The translations under genes were made by a program, and so were the position numbers. A stretch of 64,000 bases of DNA from Octopus vulgaris (Eukaryota), in contig OX597814.1 of the NCBI GenBank assembly GCA_951406725.2, positions 75,578,001-75,642,000 on the forward strand. Direction: 5' to 3'. Within the stretch, counting starts at the first letter, position 1. Each line of letters begins with the position of its first letter. Positions 50,799-64,000 of this stretch are shown one piece after another. The notes beneath the pieces were generated by a model. The model did not search any database. It was not told the origin of the DNA and was given only the letters and a program-made list of their open reading frames with translations.

Positions 50799-51170
50799 AT
50801 ATATTCTTATATTCTTTAACTAATTTCAGTGGCCATGAGTTACCACTTTCAAGAGTTTAGTCAATATCCAGTCACTGATTTCAGACAAGTACTTATTTTA
50901 TTGATCTTAAATTACAGGACACAAAATGACACAATATCAATGTAAACAAACACACACCTATACTTATAAAATACACACACAGTTTCTGCCTCAAAAATTT
51001 CATTCAAGTTACTTTCAACTTGAGGCTACAGTAGAAAACACTTTCCCAAGACAATGTGCAGTAAAATGAAATACAGAACCATGTAATTGCAAAGCAACTT
51101 TTTAACTACGTAATCAGGTCTGTGTGTATTCACGCACACATACATACATACATACATATATATGTATGTA

Positions 51171-51205
<35 letters not shown>

Positions 51206-54070
51206 CATTACTTGGTTTAGAGAACCAACATCAACATAATTAAAAAACATTTTGGCTGAGCTATAATTTTTTAAGTCATGAAATATATAAAACAATAAGG
51301 ATGTCTGCTCTGTTCGAACATAAAATCAGAATCTATTCACAGCTGGTCCTACAGTAATTCTAAACTAATGATGGTAGCCAATGGGGGCGGGGCGGGGGGG
51401 ATGCGGAATAGTTCATACTGAGTTAAACAGATGTCAAAATATATTATGGTAACAGTTGCAGTAAAGAGAAGTACAAGTTTATGGAAAAATGAACAAATAA
51501 ACAAATAGAAATCAGAAGCTGAAAAGAATTATATCCAACATAAATTCAAAGAAATAATGTTAAAATTTATGGAACTTATTTTCAATACAAAACAAACACA
51601 AAATAGTGACAAACTTCTACATTTCTTGGAAACAGATGTTAATGAAGCAACCATTGTGTAGTGCACTATAATGTACAGCTACATAACATATTGCTTTATA
51701 AATAGAATGCATCTAAAATTCAAACAATATGAACTAGACAGTTATTAAATAAGAAAAAACATCACTGGTGTTACTGTCCTTTAATTATGTTCTATACAGA
51801 AATTAATTACTGATCATAAGATTTTTTTTTAATATCTTTTGCTACAAATTTGGAAACATCATTAGATACTGATTTTACAAAAAGGATCTGAAACCTATCA
51901 GATACATTAGTACAGGAGTTCTAATACAGTAAGTACAAACCAAAAATTGAAACTAGACAGGTCAAATAAATTAATTCCCAATTTTCTTGTTAGGAGAAAT
52001 AGAGATAAAGTCAGTGATTCAAGATAAATAAAACAAATATTTATTGTTAACCTTAAATAAGAGAGTACTCCAATAATAAATTAGACACAACCAAACACTC
52101 TTACTAAACAGAATTAATTATAGAGTGAAAATCAATAATATTAGTGATGTAATTAAGTTCTACATGAAGTCTAACACAACTGCACCCAATTTTTGTTCTT
52201 TTCAGCATTTGTATTATGTAATTGCCACCTTTAAAGATTGTAGTGTCCTTATAAATTAGCTCCAGTTTTATAACATTAAGAGAGAGAGAAATAATTCTTT
52301 CTCTATACAATGCACTGGTCTATCGCAGGTAACATCCTCAAATGATCTAGTAACAAATGCTTGCAGCTAGATAGAGACAATGTCAGATGAGGTGTTCTGC
52401 CTGCAAAAACAATTTGATACCTGCAGCAGAGTAGAGTTCACTAGCTAGGTAGTCCAATACTTTATTCTTTCAGGCCACTCCACCCTCATTGTACAATATA
52501 AGCAAGCAAAGACACTGTATAATTGACAAGTATACCATTCAATTGTAGTTCTTAAATCTTCTAATGAACTGCTGAAAGAGATAATGGAAAACCATTCTAG
52601 TTTATCAACTTTTAATTTGTTATTGATAGACAGAAACTGAAAGAAGCCTGTTGTGTGTGTGTGTGTGTGTCTGTGTGTGTACACATGTATGTATGTGTTT
52701 ATGTGCAAGTGTATGTGTGTACCCTTTCCTAGACATCATGTGTTGGTTGTAAATGAGCATCAAGGTAAGGGTTGGTAAGAGGAAGGGCACCTGCCCATAG
52801 AATGAGTTAGTTATGCAAGAAATATGGATGTTAAAAAGTGATGATGATCATTTAGATTTGTGCTTTTCTTGCTGACTGGACCAGGTTGAGTGGGTCTTAC
52901 AACACACCATTGCTCATAGTGGTTGTCATCTAACACACACACACACATGCACAAAAGCAACCAATTTTCATTGCTATAGAAGCATTAGTATTATAAGGCA
53001 GTGATGTGGCATAATTATTACAATGCTAGTTAAAATGCCTCAAGATAATCACTCCATCTTATCACTGAGAGTTCAAATCCCAGGAAGGTCAACTTTGTCC
53101 TTCATTCAGGAGTTGATATAAAAAGTACCAATCCAGAGCAGTTGATTTGGCATGACAACCTTTCCCGTGAATAAACATCAGTGGTCAGAGGATGAGTAGC
53201 TTGCATGCATGAGTCACTGATGGTCTTTAAAAAAAATTGCCCAGCACTATGTAATCATGCAGATATAAGGTGAACAGTGGCTGATGGAAACCTTACTGGG
53301 GTTTTTGTGTGTTTTGTTTTTACGAAGATAAAATACTGTGCTGCACCAATAAACTCTCAAGTTGACATTTCCGTTCCCTGTTTTTTCTCTTTCATTTCAA
53401 GTAAACTGTTCTGCTATCTAGACAAATAAATAACCTGGTAAATATCATTTAAAGTTTTGCATAAATTAAGTTGAATATTTTGCTTTCCCAATCAAAAGTT
53501 CATAAACATTTTTCTTTTTCATACCAAACACATTCTTCTGCAACAGGAATTTTATCAGCCAACAACACTGATTATTTCATTAATTGAAACAAGTAACAGA
53601 TTTCTTAATAAAGTATGTACAGCACTTCCTTTTTTTTCTTTTTCAGTAAATTTTCTAAATTAAAATTAAGTAACTTGACTATGTCAATTTACACACTAAT
53701 TATCAATTACATGACTTTCAAGTATAAAGTATTAATTGATGAATAATGAGATTGATTATAGGTGAATGATTATGTTTCTAGTCAGCTATATTCAAAATAA
53801 TTCAATAGAGCAGAAAAATAACAGCTAATTGTTAAGGAAGGCAGAATTTTCTGAAAACATGAAAAAGCAAGATCGGTTTAGTAATCTCTATTGCACATCA
53901 ATCTGTCAATCTATTTTGTTATATTTGTCTCAATCATCCTACACATACAACAACACTGAACATATGCAAATAAAAATGCCAAGTAGTCACAAGAGATAAA
54001 TAAATGCAGTAACTGTTATGTATTCTATCCAACTCAATGAACAATCTTCTATGCAGACCACTAAATGATC

Positions 54071-54073
<3 letters not shown>

Positions 54074-54124
<51 letters not shown>
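54074..54124. repeat. (TA)n microsatellite (others near 18719, 21392, 26581, 29083, 31003, 32063, 51181 and 61339)
   Basis: Read directly from the sequence. Confidence 0.95.
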
Positions 54125-54128
<4 letters not shown>

Positions 54129-54764
54129 TTTCACCAGTGAGATCGACTTTCAACTATTAACTTATTATTTGCTGTGGATGAAGATTATGATTATAGGAGA
54201 GATTCAGAGACTGTTTCACTGTTTTTATGTGAGGATCTGCTTGTGACTATTGTCATTGGAACCATTTTATGCAACAGTCATCTATGGCCCATTGCTTCTA
54301 TCACTTAGTGATTTTGCATGCATGCATGCGTATATTATAACGAGATTTGATAGCATAGTGGTTATATGAACTTGTCAATTTCTATCTAGCTTGATGCTTT
54401 ACAATAAAGTCATTTTTGTCCCTTTTGGCATTTTGATTCTAAATGAATATTTGCTTCCAAATAAATGGGAGAACAAGAATTTTTCAGAGATCTGCTCCAA
54501 TACATTTGAAATCATCAGTAGATAACAGAAAATTTCCTTAAACCACATACATATATATGCATATGATGCAAACAATGTTGATGCATATTTTCTAATTTCC
54601 AAATATTATTCCGTGTAATATCCACAGAAGCAAACATCATCATCCAAACAATTCCTAATTTACAAATGATGATTCCATTCATGTAGATACAATAACAATT
54701 TTGAAAGATGATGAACATGGCTGTCACTCTAGTACATATTTTATTAAACCTAAAAGAATGAGAT

Positions 54765-55105
54765 GTTGGTGAATTAGCAGAATCATTAAAGTGTCAGGTA
54801 GAATGTCTTGTGGTATTTGTTCTTGCTCTATGCACAATGATATCAAATCTCACTGAGGACAACTTTGTCTTTCATCCTTCTGAGATCGATATAGCACAAT
54901 TAAGTATCTTTTATCTTTTACTTGTTTCAGTCATTAGACTGTGACTTTGCTGGGGCAGTGCCTTGAAGAATTTTTAGTCAAATGAATCAACCCCAGTACT
55001 TTTTCTCTTTAAACCTGGTACTTGTTCTATCAGGCTCTTTTGCTGAACCACTAAGTTATGGGAACATAAACAAACCAAAACCAGTTGTCAAACAGTGGCG
55101 GGGAA
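54765..55105. mobile_element. SINE family B fragment (+, 54765-54905) followed by a SINE family A tail (-, 54910-55105)
   Basis: GAGGACAACTTTGTCTTTCATCCTTC-GAG-TCGATA, then TTTTACTTGTTTCAGTCATTAGACTGTG..TTTTGCTGAACCACTAAGTTA. Confidence 0.7.
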
Positions 55106-56340
55106 CTGGAAATTCTTTTGATACAACCCCACCCTTCTCTCTCTCTCTCACTTACAGGAGGGATCATTCACTCAACTATTCTCCAGAAATAGAGAAGAGT
55201 TGAGCAAGAGAATAGCAACAACTTCCCATAGAAAAACTGATATGATACTAGAACCATCCAAGGTTGGAGCAACTTACAGAACAGAAATAAAGAATAATGG
55301 GATGAAAGACAATGTTCAGCCAATGCAGTGACAATGGGATGATAAACTATTAAACAAAAGATGATTATATGGTTTTTAAAACTTTGACTCAAAATATTCA
55401 AAGGGATTACCATTATCAGTAACTGTGAGAAACACCATTCACAGAGATGTCAACATCCAGATGCAGTAGCCACTGAACATTGTAACAATAGTGGAACATC
55501 TCAATATATGAATGATCATGCTGTGTGTGTTACTACAAAACAGAAAGTATGAGTGTATGCATACATAATCATACATGTATGTTTTATGTTTCAAATGTTT
55601 ATTGATGAGGTAATTGAACTAAATACGTCAACAACTCTGAGTTCGGAGAAAAATTGCAGTCATTTTCCTATAGCCATTTTCCCCATTGATGGCATAGGCG
55701 TTCAATGAAATGTATAATATCCTACAAGTTTACAGATGAATCTTGAAACATCTAAATGTTAGTAGCTTGTTGGAATTGGTGTGATTTCACCCAATTTTCT
55801 GCACTTATTTTGATTTTAATCTCTTGCAGTTATTTTTCAGTGTTAGGGAAAAATGTTATAATTTGTCAAAAATCTGGAGAATTGGTCATGCCACACTCAT
55901 AGAGGCTAGGTTCACCTGAGTGTGAATTGGTACTACAGAATGCTATCCTTGCTGTACAACAGAAACACTGATAATGTATTTTACTATAAACTGTTTTTGA
56001 AGCTAGGTGCATCTTTTATAACTAAGTATTCAATTGTGAATTCGCAATGGAAACATCTCAGCCAAAGGGACTGAAGCCAGCTTAATTATAGACTTAGCTC
56101 AGGTGCACTCATGACACAATAGCAATATTAACCAATGATCAATACTCCAGAGACTAAATTTCACAACCATTGCCTTACAAACAAGGTATGAGCCCTTATT
56201 AACAATGAAGTAACATTTTAATTTGTTTAATGTACAACTAATATCCAAATAAAATTGCAATCGATATACCATTTAAATGTAATAAATAAAATAACTGGGT
56301 TTTTTTCTGTGTTAGCTATATGATATATTGTCTTCTCTTT

Positions 56341-56555
56341 AGGGTGGCAAGCTACAAGAAACATTAGCATGCTGGACGAAATGCTTAGGGGTATTTCATC
56401 TGTCTTTACGTCCTGAGTTCAAATTCCGTTGAGGTCGACTTTGCCTTTCATTCTTTCGGAGTTGATAAATTAAGTACCAGTTACGTATGGGAGTTGATCT
56501 AATCGACTGGCCCCCTCCTCAAAAATTTCAGGCTTTGTGCCTAGAGTAGAAAAGA
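56341..56555 (+). mobile_element. SINE family B, complete, with a 16-bp TSD
   Basis: B-box GAGTTCAAATTCC and central GGTCGACTTTGCCTTTCAT..GATAAATTAAGTACCAG. TSD ATATTGTCTTCTCTTT (56325-56340) vs ATATTGTTTTCTCTTT (56556-56571). Confidence 0.9.
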
Positions 56556-59500
56556 ATATTGTTTTCTCTTTCTTGTGTGTGTGTGTGAGAGAGAGAGAAT
56601 GAACTGCTGAACATGTTTGTCACCACACTTATGTGATAAAATACACAGTCCAGTTTATCTTAATGTTGGTCTCTTTTTTTATATGGAATTTTTCTTATTG
56701 TATGAGATTTAAAATTAGTAAACTGATGGGTTTTTTTTCATGCATATCTTTACATTCAAGAAGGTGTAACCTAAACATGCACTGCAAGTCCATTATTTCA
56801 AACAATGTCTAAACACTCAACACTCTGCTTTAAAGATTTAAAATTATGAGAAAGAGAAGTTTATGCATTACTAATACTGTTTAATTCAGTACTTGACATT
56901 CTCACCTTTGCATTTTGCTTTTTAAGCCTTATTTCCAAAAACAGACAACAATGTAAAATTTTCATTTAGCATTTATTCTTCTGTCTCTCTATCAAACTTT
57001 TGTTAGCTACTGTAAAGATTTTATATTCTGCTTGCCTGCTTTTCTATTGATCATTTGTCTTCTCAGTTTTGTCATCAAGAACTGAATGCCATGTATTTTA
57101 TAAGCAAATGGAAGGCAAAAACATAATATTAATCTGCTATATTCACATATAAAAGAAAGTATAAATTTATAAAAAGAAAAAGTCTAAAAACAATCCAATA
57201 ATAATATATGTACTAAATCAGGGAAGGTCAGCTAACAACTTATAATCTACATTCTAGCTAACAATCAAAACAACACAGAGAAGCATTTCACAAGATAATC
57301 TGCAACTTCATAAGTCCTACAGATGTCATTTATATGATTTTGAAAACAAGCATATATGAAGTAGAAAAGAATTTTGAATAATACATGAAATCTGTGTGTA
57401 TATGCTTAACTATAAATTCCCAAGTAGAAACATGAAAAAAGAATACTGCATGATGCCATTGACTAGACCCTGATCAAGTAAACCTATGATCAAAAGTGTT
57501 TCAAACAAGAATTTTCTCTCTTATCCACTCTCTTCTTTTTTTTTTTTTTTTTTTTTTTTTTTTGTAGAATGTGATTTGAGGGAGAACCATTTCAAGTCAT
57601 GAGAGGACCACTCATTGGTTCAATGAGTACTGTATTTTGTGCTGATGTATTTCATTCTACTTTTACATAATAAAAATAAATAAAAGATTATTCAGGATTT
57701 TTCATTTCAGTCTCAAGAATTCAAAAATAAATTCCCTAACAGAGGAAGTGAATAGCATGTCGTTGACAGGAATGTGACACAAGTGAATTCAAATATCTAG
57801 TTTAGCAACATGGCAATAATAATAATACATATCCGACAACTTTATGGGTGGGAAGGCAAATAATTATGAATTAAAGTTAGTAAAGCAAGCAGAATATGAA
57901 AAGAAAATTGAAATGGAATCATATCCAATAATACATTAGATATGTACATAAAATGTGCACCATTAATTCATAATTGTAAACTTGTACCAATATGAAATTA
58001 TTGCAATTTTCTACAATTATGTAAATATCTTCTTACATATATTTCATATTATATATAAAAATATACTTTTACATGTGGCCTGAGGCAACCAATTTAAATA
58101 CAATGTTAATGCAATCATATCCTATTAAAACATTCATGTCGCCTCAACCACTTAAAGCATACAGCTGTTGTGGCCCTTAGCTTCAAGTAACCAATTAATA
58201 CATTGTCAATGAATAACACACAAGGTGGTAAAAATAATAATGTGGTGTAAAATCATTACAAATTTTTTTCAAGATGTCTGTATTAAACTTTTTTAAATGT
58301 TCAAGGAGCTCAAAATTTTAATACTTCAATTTTCTATTGAAATCTAAAAACTATATAGTATTTTTTAATACAGCTAAATATCATTGGCAGTGATCTATTG
58401 AAAGATTAATCTTTTATCATATAACCAACAATTATTTTGTTCCTGAGACAGATAATACTTCTTACAGACACACCAGAATTTAAACATGAATATAACTTTT
58501 CTAAATGTTTATTATGATTTAATAAAGAATGAACAAATGGAAATACACACCTATGAATACATAAAATAAAAGTTAATTACCTTATACATTAATTGTGATT
58601 TACTTATTGCAAATTTATACTTGAAAAGGTAAAAAAGAAAATATATTTTTTGGTTTCTTATTTTCTTTTAACCATAATATTCCTTGGACTTGACAACCAA
58701 CATAATCTAGCTTTATGGTGTGCATAGAAAAGTGGTTTAATCATATTATGTAACTGGATATAATTTTATTAGATAGAAGCTATATGAGGTATACTCCCAT
58801 GGACATAAGTAAAATACTAAGTAAAAGAGACTGCTTCTTGATAAGATTAAGTTCTAATCATCTCCAATACTAAACCTGTTTTGCTAGAGAAACAGCTTCA
58901 AAGTGCAGTATTATAATTACATACAAATGAATTAACTCTGGATAACAAGAAAATGTACTTGATGGTTAGTAATCTTTGGAAAAAGTGATGAAAAAGCTAG
59001 ATACATCTTGAAGATGATAAACTGTTGCCCAATTTAATACCACTACCTGATCCTTCACCAAAGTCCACTTTACTGAAAGCATTCAGACCAAGCCTCCACT
59101 CAGTATCTTTATATGCTACTTCTTTCTGTAGCAACTCTGTGTCATAGTTTCTTCGTTTATCCCCCACCTCTGACTAATTACAAACTTTGAAACAGCCCTT
59201 CCTACTCTGAATAAGTCACTACTCTGAATTTATCCACTTGGATAGGTCATGCCTCTAGCTATTTTATACAAACATCATGAAACAACTGCCTCATGGTTTG
59301 AATATATTGAGTATCATTGAAACTGAATCTTAATTTGGTTTTTCAGAGATTCCACCAAAGTTTATGACTAATCCCTATTTTAATATACTTAAGGCCAAAT
59401 AACATGTCTCTTCTTGCTGGAATGCTATAAGAAAGTAGGGGAAGGCAATGCCTGTACTACAAGAATTGGAGGAGAGAGCATAATATAGATGTGAGTAAAG

Positions 59501-61336
59501 TTTCATTCTGAAACAGAAAAACAAAACAGCAAAATCTCAATTACTTTGAAATTAGAAAATTTTAATCATTTATAAACAGCGGCATGCTGTGATGCCTCTT
59601 CTACCAACATGAAAGATGGGGAATTATAAGGAGGCTATATTACCTTTATGTTTAAGACAATGAAAGACTGCTTGGAAATCTAAATGTATTACTAAAATTG
59701 TCAAAAGTACTCTAGCAGTAGAGACTTTACCAATAATTGACATGATGTTTTTACTGAAATTCTTACACTTAGAGGTCAAAATTGAAAGTTATTTTTATAA
59801 CTTGCATAACTGGCAATTTTTGCCTCTACAATGCAATCACTCGACAATACAAATTTTAAACAAAGGACTTTACATAGAACTGGTTTCCCTGTGAGAAATA
59901 ATAAGCAGAAAGATAATTGCAAAGATTTCATGGGTCCCAACAACTGTACAAAATTGGTTTCATCTTGACATAAAAAATGGTACCATTTTTTTAAGATTCT
60001 TAATATTATATCAGCATAATTGTTGAAGTTATATTCTTCCTTTTACTTTTACATTTAAAAACTTGGAATTGGCAAAAACCCACAGCGGTTAAGCCCCCAT
60101 AAAGACAAAAGAAAAAAGGTGGGGGAAATATTAATAATTGAAGTGAAATATCTATAATTACTAGTGGAAGAGTGAAAACAAAAAAGCAGAGGAAAAGGAG
60201 ATGCAGGCAGATATATTTGTTGATGAGTTGATTGTTTTATAAATAATATAAAGTTTTTGTTTCATATTATTTACTAGCAGTTAGCTGACAAATGAGCTAG
60301 GTAGGTATGTAGGCAGGAAGTGATATATAGAGAGGTTGGAAGAAACAATGAAAAAGGAAGAGATAGCACAAGCAAGAGAGGTGGAAAGAGAGGAGGAATT
60401 GGCAAGGTAATAGAAGTAATATAGAAAGAGAAATCAAGCTGTGCAGAAAAATGTAGAAAGGAAAGAAAGTATTATAAAGAGAGGTGGATGAGAGAGAGCC
60501 AACAGTTAGCCATCAAACAAAATAGGCAGTCAGGTATGTAGATAGTAAAGTCTAGGGATGGATAGAAGGAAGAATGAAATAGGAAGAGAATGTAAGAGAG
60601 GAGAAGCAGAAAGACAACAGTTCTACAATAGAAAAGGAGAATTGGAGCAGCAATGTGATAAAATAACAAGAATAGAAAGAGAGAGGAAAATAGAATTGAA
60701 GAATGGGTGGGATGTTTTGTTTGAAAATGAAAAGAGGTGGAGATTTGGATTCTGAATGAATGGATGGAAAAAAAAAAAAGAAGAAATACTGGAAAGACTG
60801 TCTTACTGAAAATAATAAAGGGAAGTAAGAATGTAAGAGTAAGGAAATAAAGAAACAATTTTTCAAATATTTCTGATTTCAAATTCCTAATGGGGTGTCA
60901 AACAGATGAAGAAATTCTTACTTGACTTTTAGTACAGACAGAATATGAAGATTATCACAAGAAGTCAGTGCCTAATGTGGACTGGAGAAATAAAGTATTG
61001 CAAAATGACAGCAAGAAACAAACATAAAGCTTGCTGTAAGAATAAGAGAGAAAATGAAAATACATGAAGGAAATGACACAAAGATTGCAGTAGAAAGCTG
61101 AAGAATAAATGGAGATAGTAATAACTAGCTTTCATTTTTGACACTTACTACACTAGTTTTATAGTAATTTTACTACACTACTTACATACTATACTGCTAG
61201 TATTTAATGCATAAATATTTTCCTAACTGATGATGGCTGTCTGAGATTATAGAAATATAATAGCAAATTATATTTCATCTGAGATTAATAGAAAAAAAGA
61301 AAAAAAACTCTCTCCTCCTCTCTAAAATTGCTTTCA

Positions 61337-61375
<39 letters not shown>

Positions 61376-61739
61376 GGTAATTATTTTGTGACATGTCACT
61401 AATTTTGTGGTTAATTGTGTCCAAGATGTTATCCTAAGATGATTATGTTACAATTTATGAAACTTAATATAATACTCACATGAAACATGAAAACACTACA
61501 TATGCTACCTTATATTAATTATGGTAATTCATGAAAAAAAAAAATGAAAAAATTCTAGTAAAGGATTCGCTAATTAGTTATCAAAAATATATTTTCTAAT
61601 ATACCTTTAGTTGTTATGGCAAATGTCAGCTTAAAATCATGTAATATCTACAAAAGAATATAATGTTCTGATGAAGAAATTAAAAACAATTCATGGGTAT
61701 TGTATTAAGTTTCATAAATTATTACATAATCATCTTAGG

Positions 61740-62102
61740 ATAACATCTTGGACACAATTAGATATCATTTTAATGTGGTGTGAAAGAAAGGAAGTTGTGA
61801 ATCTAGTAGAGTTAACAGTTCCTCATGAAGATAACATGGACGCTGCTCAGGCTCAAAAGATTGACCGTTATGTAAACCTTCTCAAGGAATGTGAAGACAC
61901 AAGCTGGAAAGTGGCGCATTTTCCAATTGAAGTTGAATGTAGAGGGTTTGTTGGACACAGTGTGAGGCGACTGTTGTTATCGTTAGGCCTAACTCATCAT
62001 AAAGTAAATACCACCATGACTGATGTCCAAACTACAGTGGAAAAGGCTAGCCACTGGATTTGTTTAAAAAGAGATGATGAGCAATTGCTAGAAGAATATT
62101 GA
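61740..62102 (+). pseudogene. 3' end of an RLE-type non-LTR retrotransposon (Hero-like restriction-like endonuclease)
   Basis: ORF 61671-62102 contains LDIILMW..K.VV.LVELTVPHEDN...A...KIDRY..L..EC....W....FPIEVECRGF...S...LL..LG.....EKASHWI.LKR, the PD-(D/E)xK-type RLE signature typical of Hero elements. Confidence 0.8.
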
Positions 62103-63192
62103 GCTTTATTTGGTAACCAGTTGATGACCAGCAAGCAGGGCCTCATATCAGTGAGGGGGGCTGGTGCACATAGATGCCATCAAGAAGTAAGCCCCAAAAC
62201 AGCATACAATCTCTCCTGATGACCCCATACACTTGCTGGCATCCGGTATACAGAGTACTCAACTGGTAGCACTTGCATGTGCAAGTTGTTTGCAAAACAT
62301 CCAAAATCCATGAATAATATCAAAGTAATGCTTTCTTAAGAATTTATATAGTAAAAATATTGCCATTGGTTAAGTCAAAATTCTGACACTGGACCAATAA
62401 AAGTACATAAAATATAGATAATTTTATAACAAAGCACCTATATTATACTTTCCTATAGATGTAATGTAGAACCTGTGAGAATATATGACTAAATATTAAA
62501 AAAACAGTTAAATGAGTTAGTCAGAGATGAAGTTTTAATGCCTATGACTTTTGATGATCCTCCCAGACTGGTAAGATTAATGTGGTTGATGTTCAGTTTG
62601 GACATTTGTAGATTGAGATTTGCAGGAAATACATTAAGAGGGTAGGAATTAGGTAAAATGCTTAGTACAGAATCTGGGCAGTGAAAGGAGGAGAGACATG
62701 TTTTAAATGAGTTAAAGTAGCATACTCAAACTGCTAAAAATAGCAGCTAAATCACCCTAAATTACAATACAATCTTAAAAGGGAATGATACATTGGATAA
62801 TAAAGTCTTCAGTACACAAAACTTAAGTAAAAGTTGGGATGATCACAGCTGAAAAGCCTTTGATCATCAGCCTTTCTGATCAAAGCTGAACAATAACAGG
62901 CTAACTATTATGATATAACCAATACACTACTAAACTAATGGTATGTTATAACTTTTAATGGATCTCATCCTCAAAAATGAAATTACATGAACTCAAAATA
63001 TTTCCATTTGAAACAACAAAATTGTTTTGTTTAATTACTAATTTAACAAAAAAAAAACATTAAAGTTCAAATAAAAAGCTACTAAAAACTACAAAGGAAA
63101 CATTTTGCTGTTTCTGTAAACAGAGCATATAAATAAATAAATAAAGAAAGAAAGAAGAAAACTGCTGAGATTAATTTTACTTTCCTTATTAA

Positions 63193-63877
63193 CCCTTTCG
63201 TTACTAACCCAGCTGAAACCGGCTCTGGCTCTATAGTACAAATGTCTTGTTTTCATAAGTTTTGAATTAAAGTCTTCCATCAAACTTTAGTCGCAATTTA
63301 TGTTCCTCACACTAGCTGAATGACAACTAAGTTATTTTACTAAATTCTTTGTTACCTCCACCAAGGAAGGAGGTTACATTTTCATCGGCATTGGCTTTGT
63401 CTGCCTGTGTACAAAATAACTCAAAAAGTTGTGAGTGGTATTTGATGAAACTTGCAGGAGAAGTTGGTAATGACACAAGGAACAGATGATGAAATTTTGG
63501 TAGTGATCCGAGAAGTTTTATGGATTCTTGAAGGATTTTTCATTTGTTATAGTTACTTTACATGAAGCATTACAATGTTACATTCTTTGATTATCCACCT
63601 TGAAAACACATTGTTTCCACGTAACCTATGGTGGCGTTGCTGTTTAGAGACAGTGCTGATGATGACGATGGTCGAGATAAGTATGGGAGGAGGATAAAAT
63701 AATATCAGTGACTATAATGGCGACAGGAGCGGTGTGATGTGTGATGCTGAGGTGATGGTGGTAACAGTGGTGTTGATGATAGTGTTAGTTGTGCGATGGT
63801 GGTATTGCAGTGATTATACTGGTTGTGGTGGTGAAAGAAACACAGAGCACCTGAAAATAAATACAGTAACGAAAGGG
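63193..63877. mobile_element. piggyBac-type MITE (P2) split by a nested insertion
   Basis: TTAA|CCCTTTCGTTACT ... AGTAACGAAAGGG|TTAA (perfect 13-bp TIRs). MITE sequence stops at ~63352 and resumes at ~63832. Confidence 0.85.
63352..63640 (+). mobile_element. Helentron/DINE-1-like non-autonomous element nested in the MITE
   Basis: Starts at TT with ACCTCC..GGAGGT (short hairpin), then a (GTCT)-like tract, ATAACTCAAAAAGTT..TTTGATGAAACTT..TTTTGGTAGTGATCCG. The right end is not defined. Confidence 0.55.
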
Positions 63878-64000
63878 TTAATGAGCTTTGTATCATAACA
63901 GACATAGTGACAAAGTATCTGACAAAATATTCTCTCTTTACATCCCAAGTTTAACCCTTTTGCTCTCTTGAAATACATTGCATTTGTTTCAATTGATTTT

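Noticed and set aside
60200-60882. Long hydrophobic F/L/S-rich minus-strand ORFs
   Set aside because: A by-product of a purine-rich (GA) low-complexity tract.
61227-61265. CTGATGA...GAAA suggesting a hammerhead
   Set aside because: Stem II does not pair convincingly.
62190-62226. CCCCAAAAC...CTGATGA in the Hero-like 3' UTR as a permuted hammerhead
   Set aside because: GAAA is absent, and the strands that would form stem II are both C-rich and not complementary.

Overview
AT-rich, repeat-dense eukaryotic DNA with no intact host protein-coding gene that I can support, so it is intergenic or deep intronic. From recollection of family consensus sequences, the SINE and LINE-tail families look like those of Octopus (cephalopod) genomes; this is an inference, not a database result. 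The window contains many tRNA-derived SINEs, RTE-type 3' tails (including a ~340-bp tandem array), piggyBac-type and hAT-type MITEs and Helitron/Helentron pieces. It also carries decayed coding remnants of a DD37D (maT) transposase, a Helitron Rep-helicase, RTE and R4/Dong reverse transcriptases, a Hero-like restriction-type endonuclease and a Penelope GIY-YIG endonuclease. The most notable signal is a Penelope-like element whose terminal repeat joins a tRNA-derived Pol III head to a minimal hammerhead ribozyme. It occurs twice as an inverted pair (12572-13537 and ~43167-43570), and two other repeats in the window carry hammerhead-like motifs. Also notable are a 532-bp near-perfect palindromic Tc1/mariner derivative and a repeated hairpin+pseudoknot module in the RTE tails.
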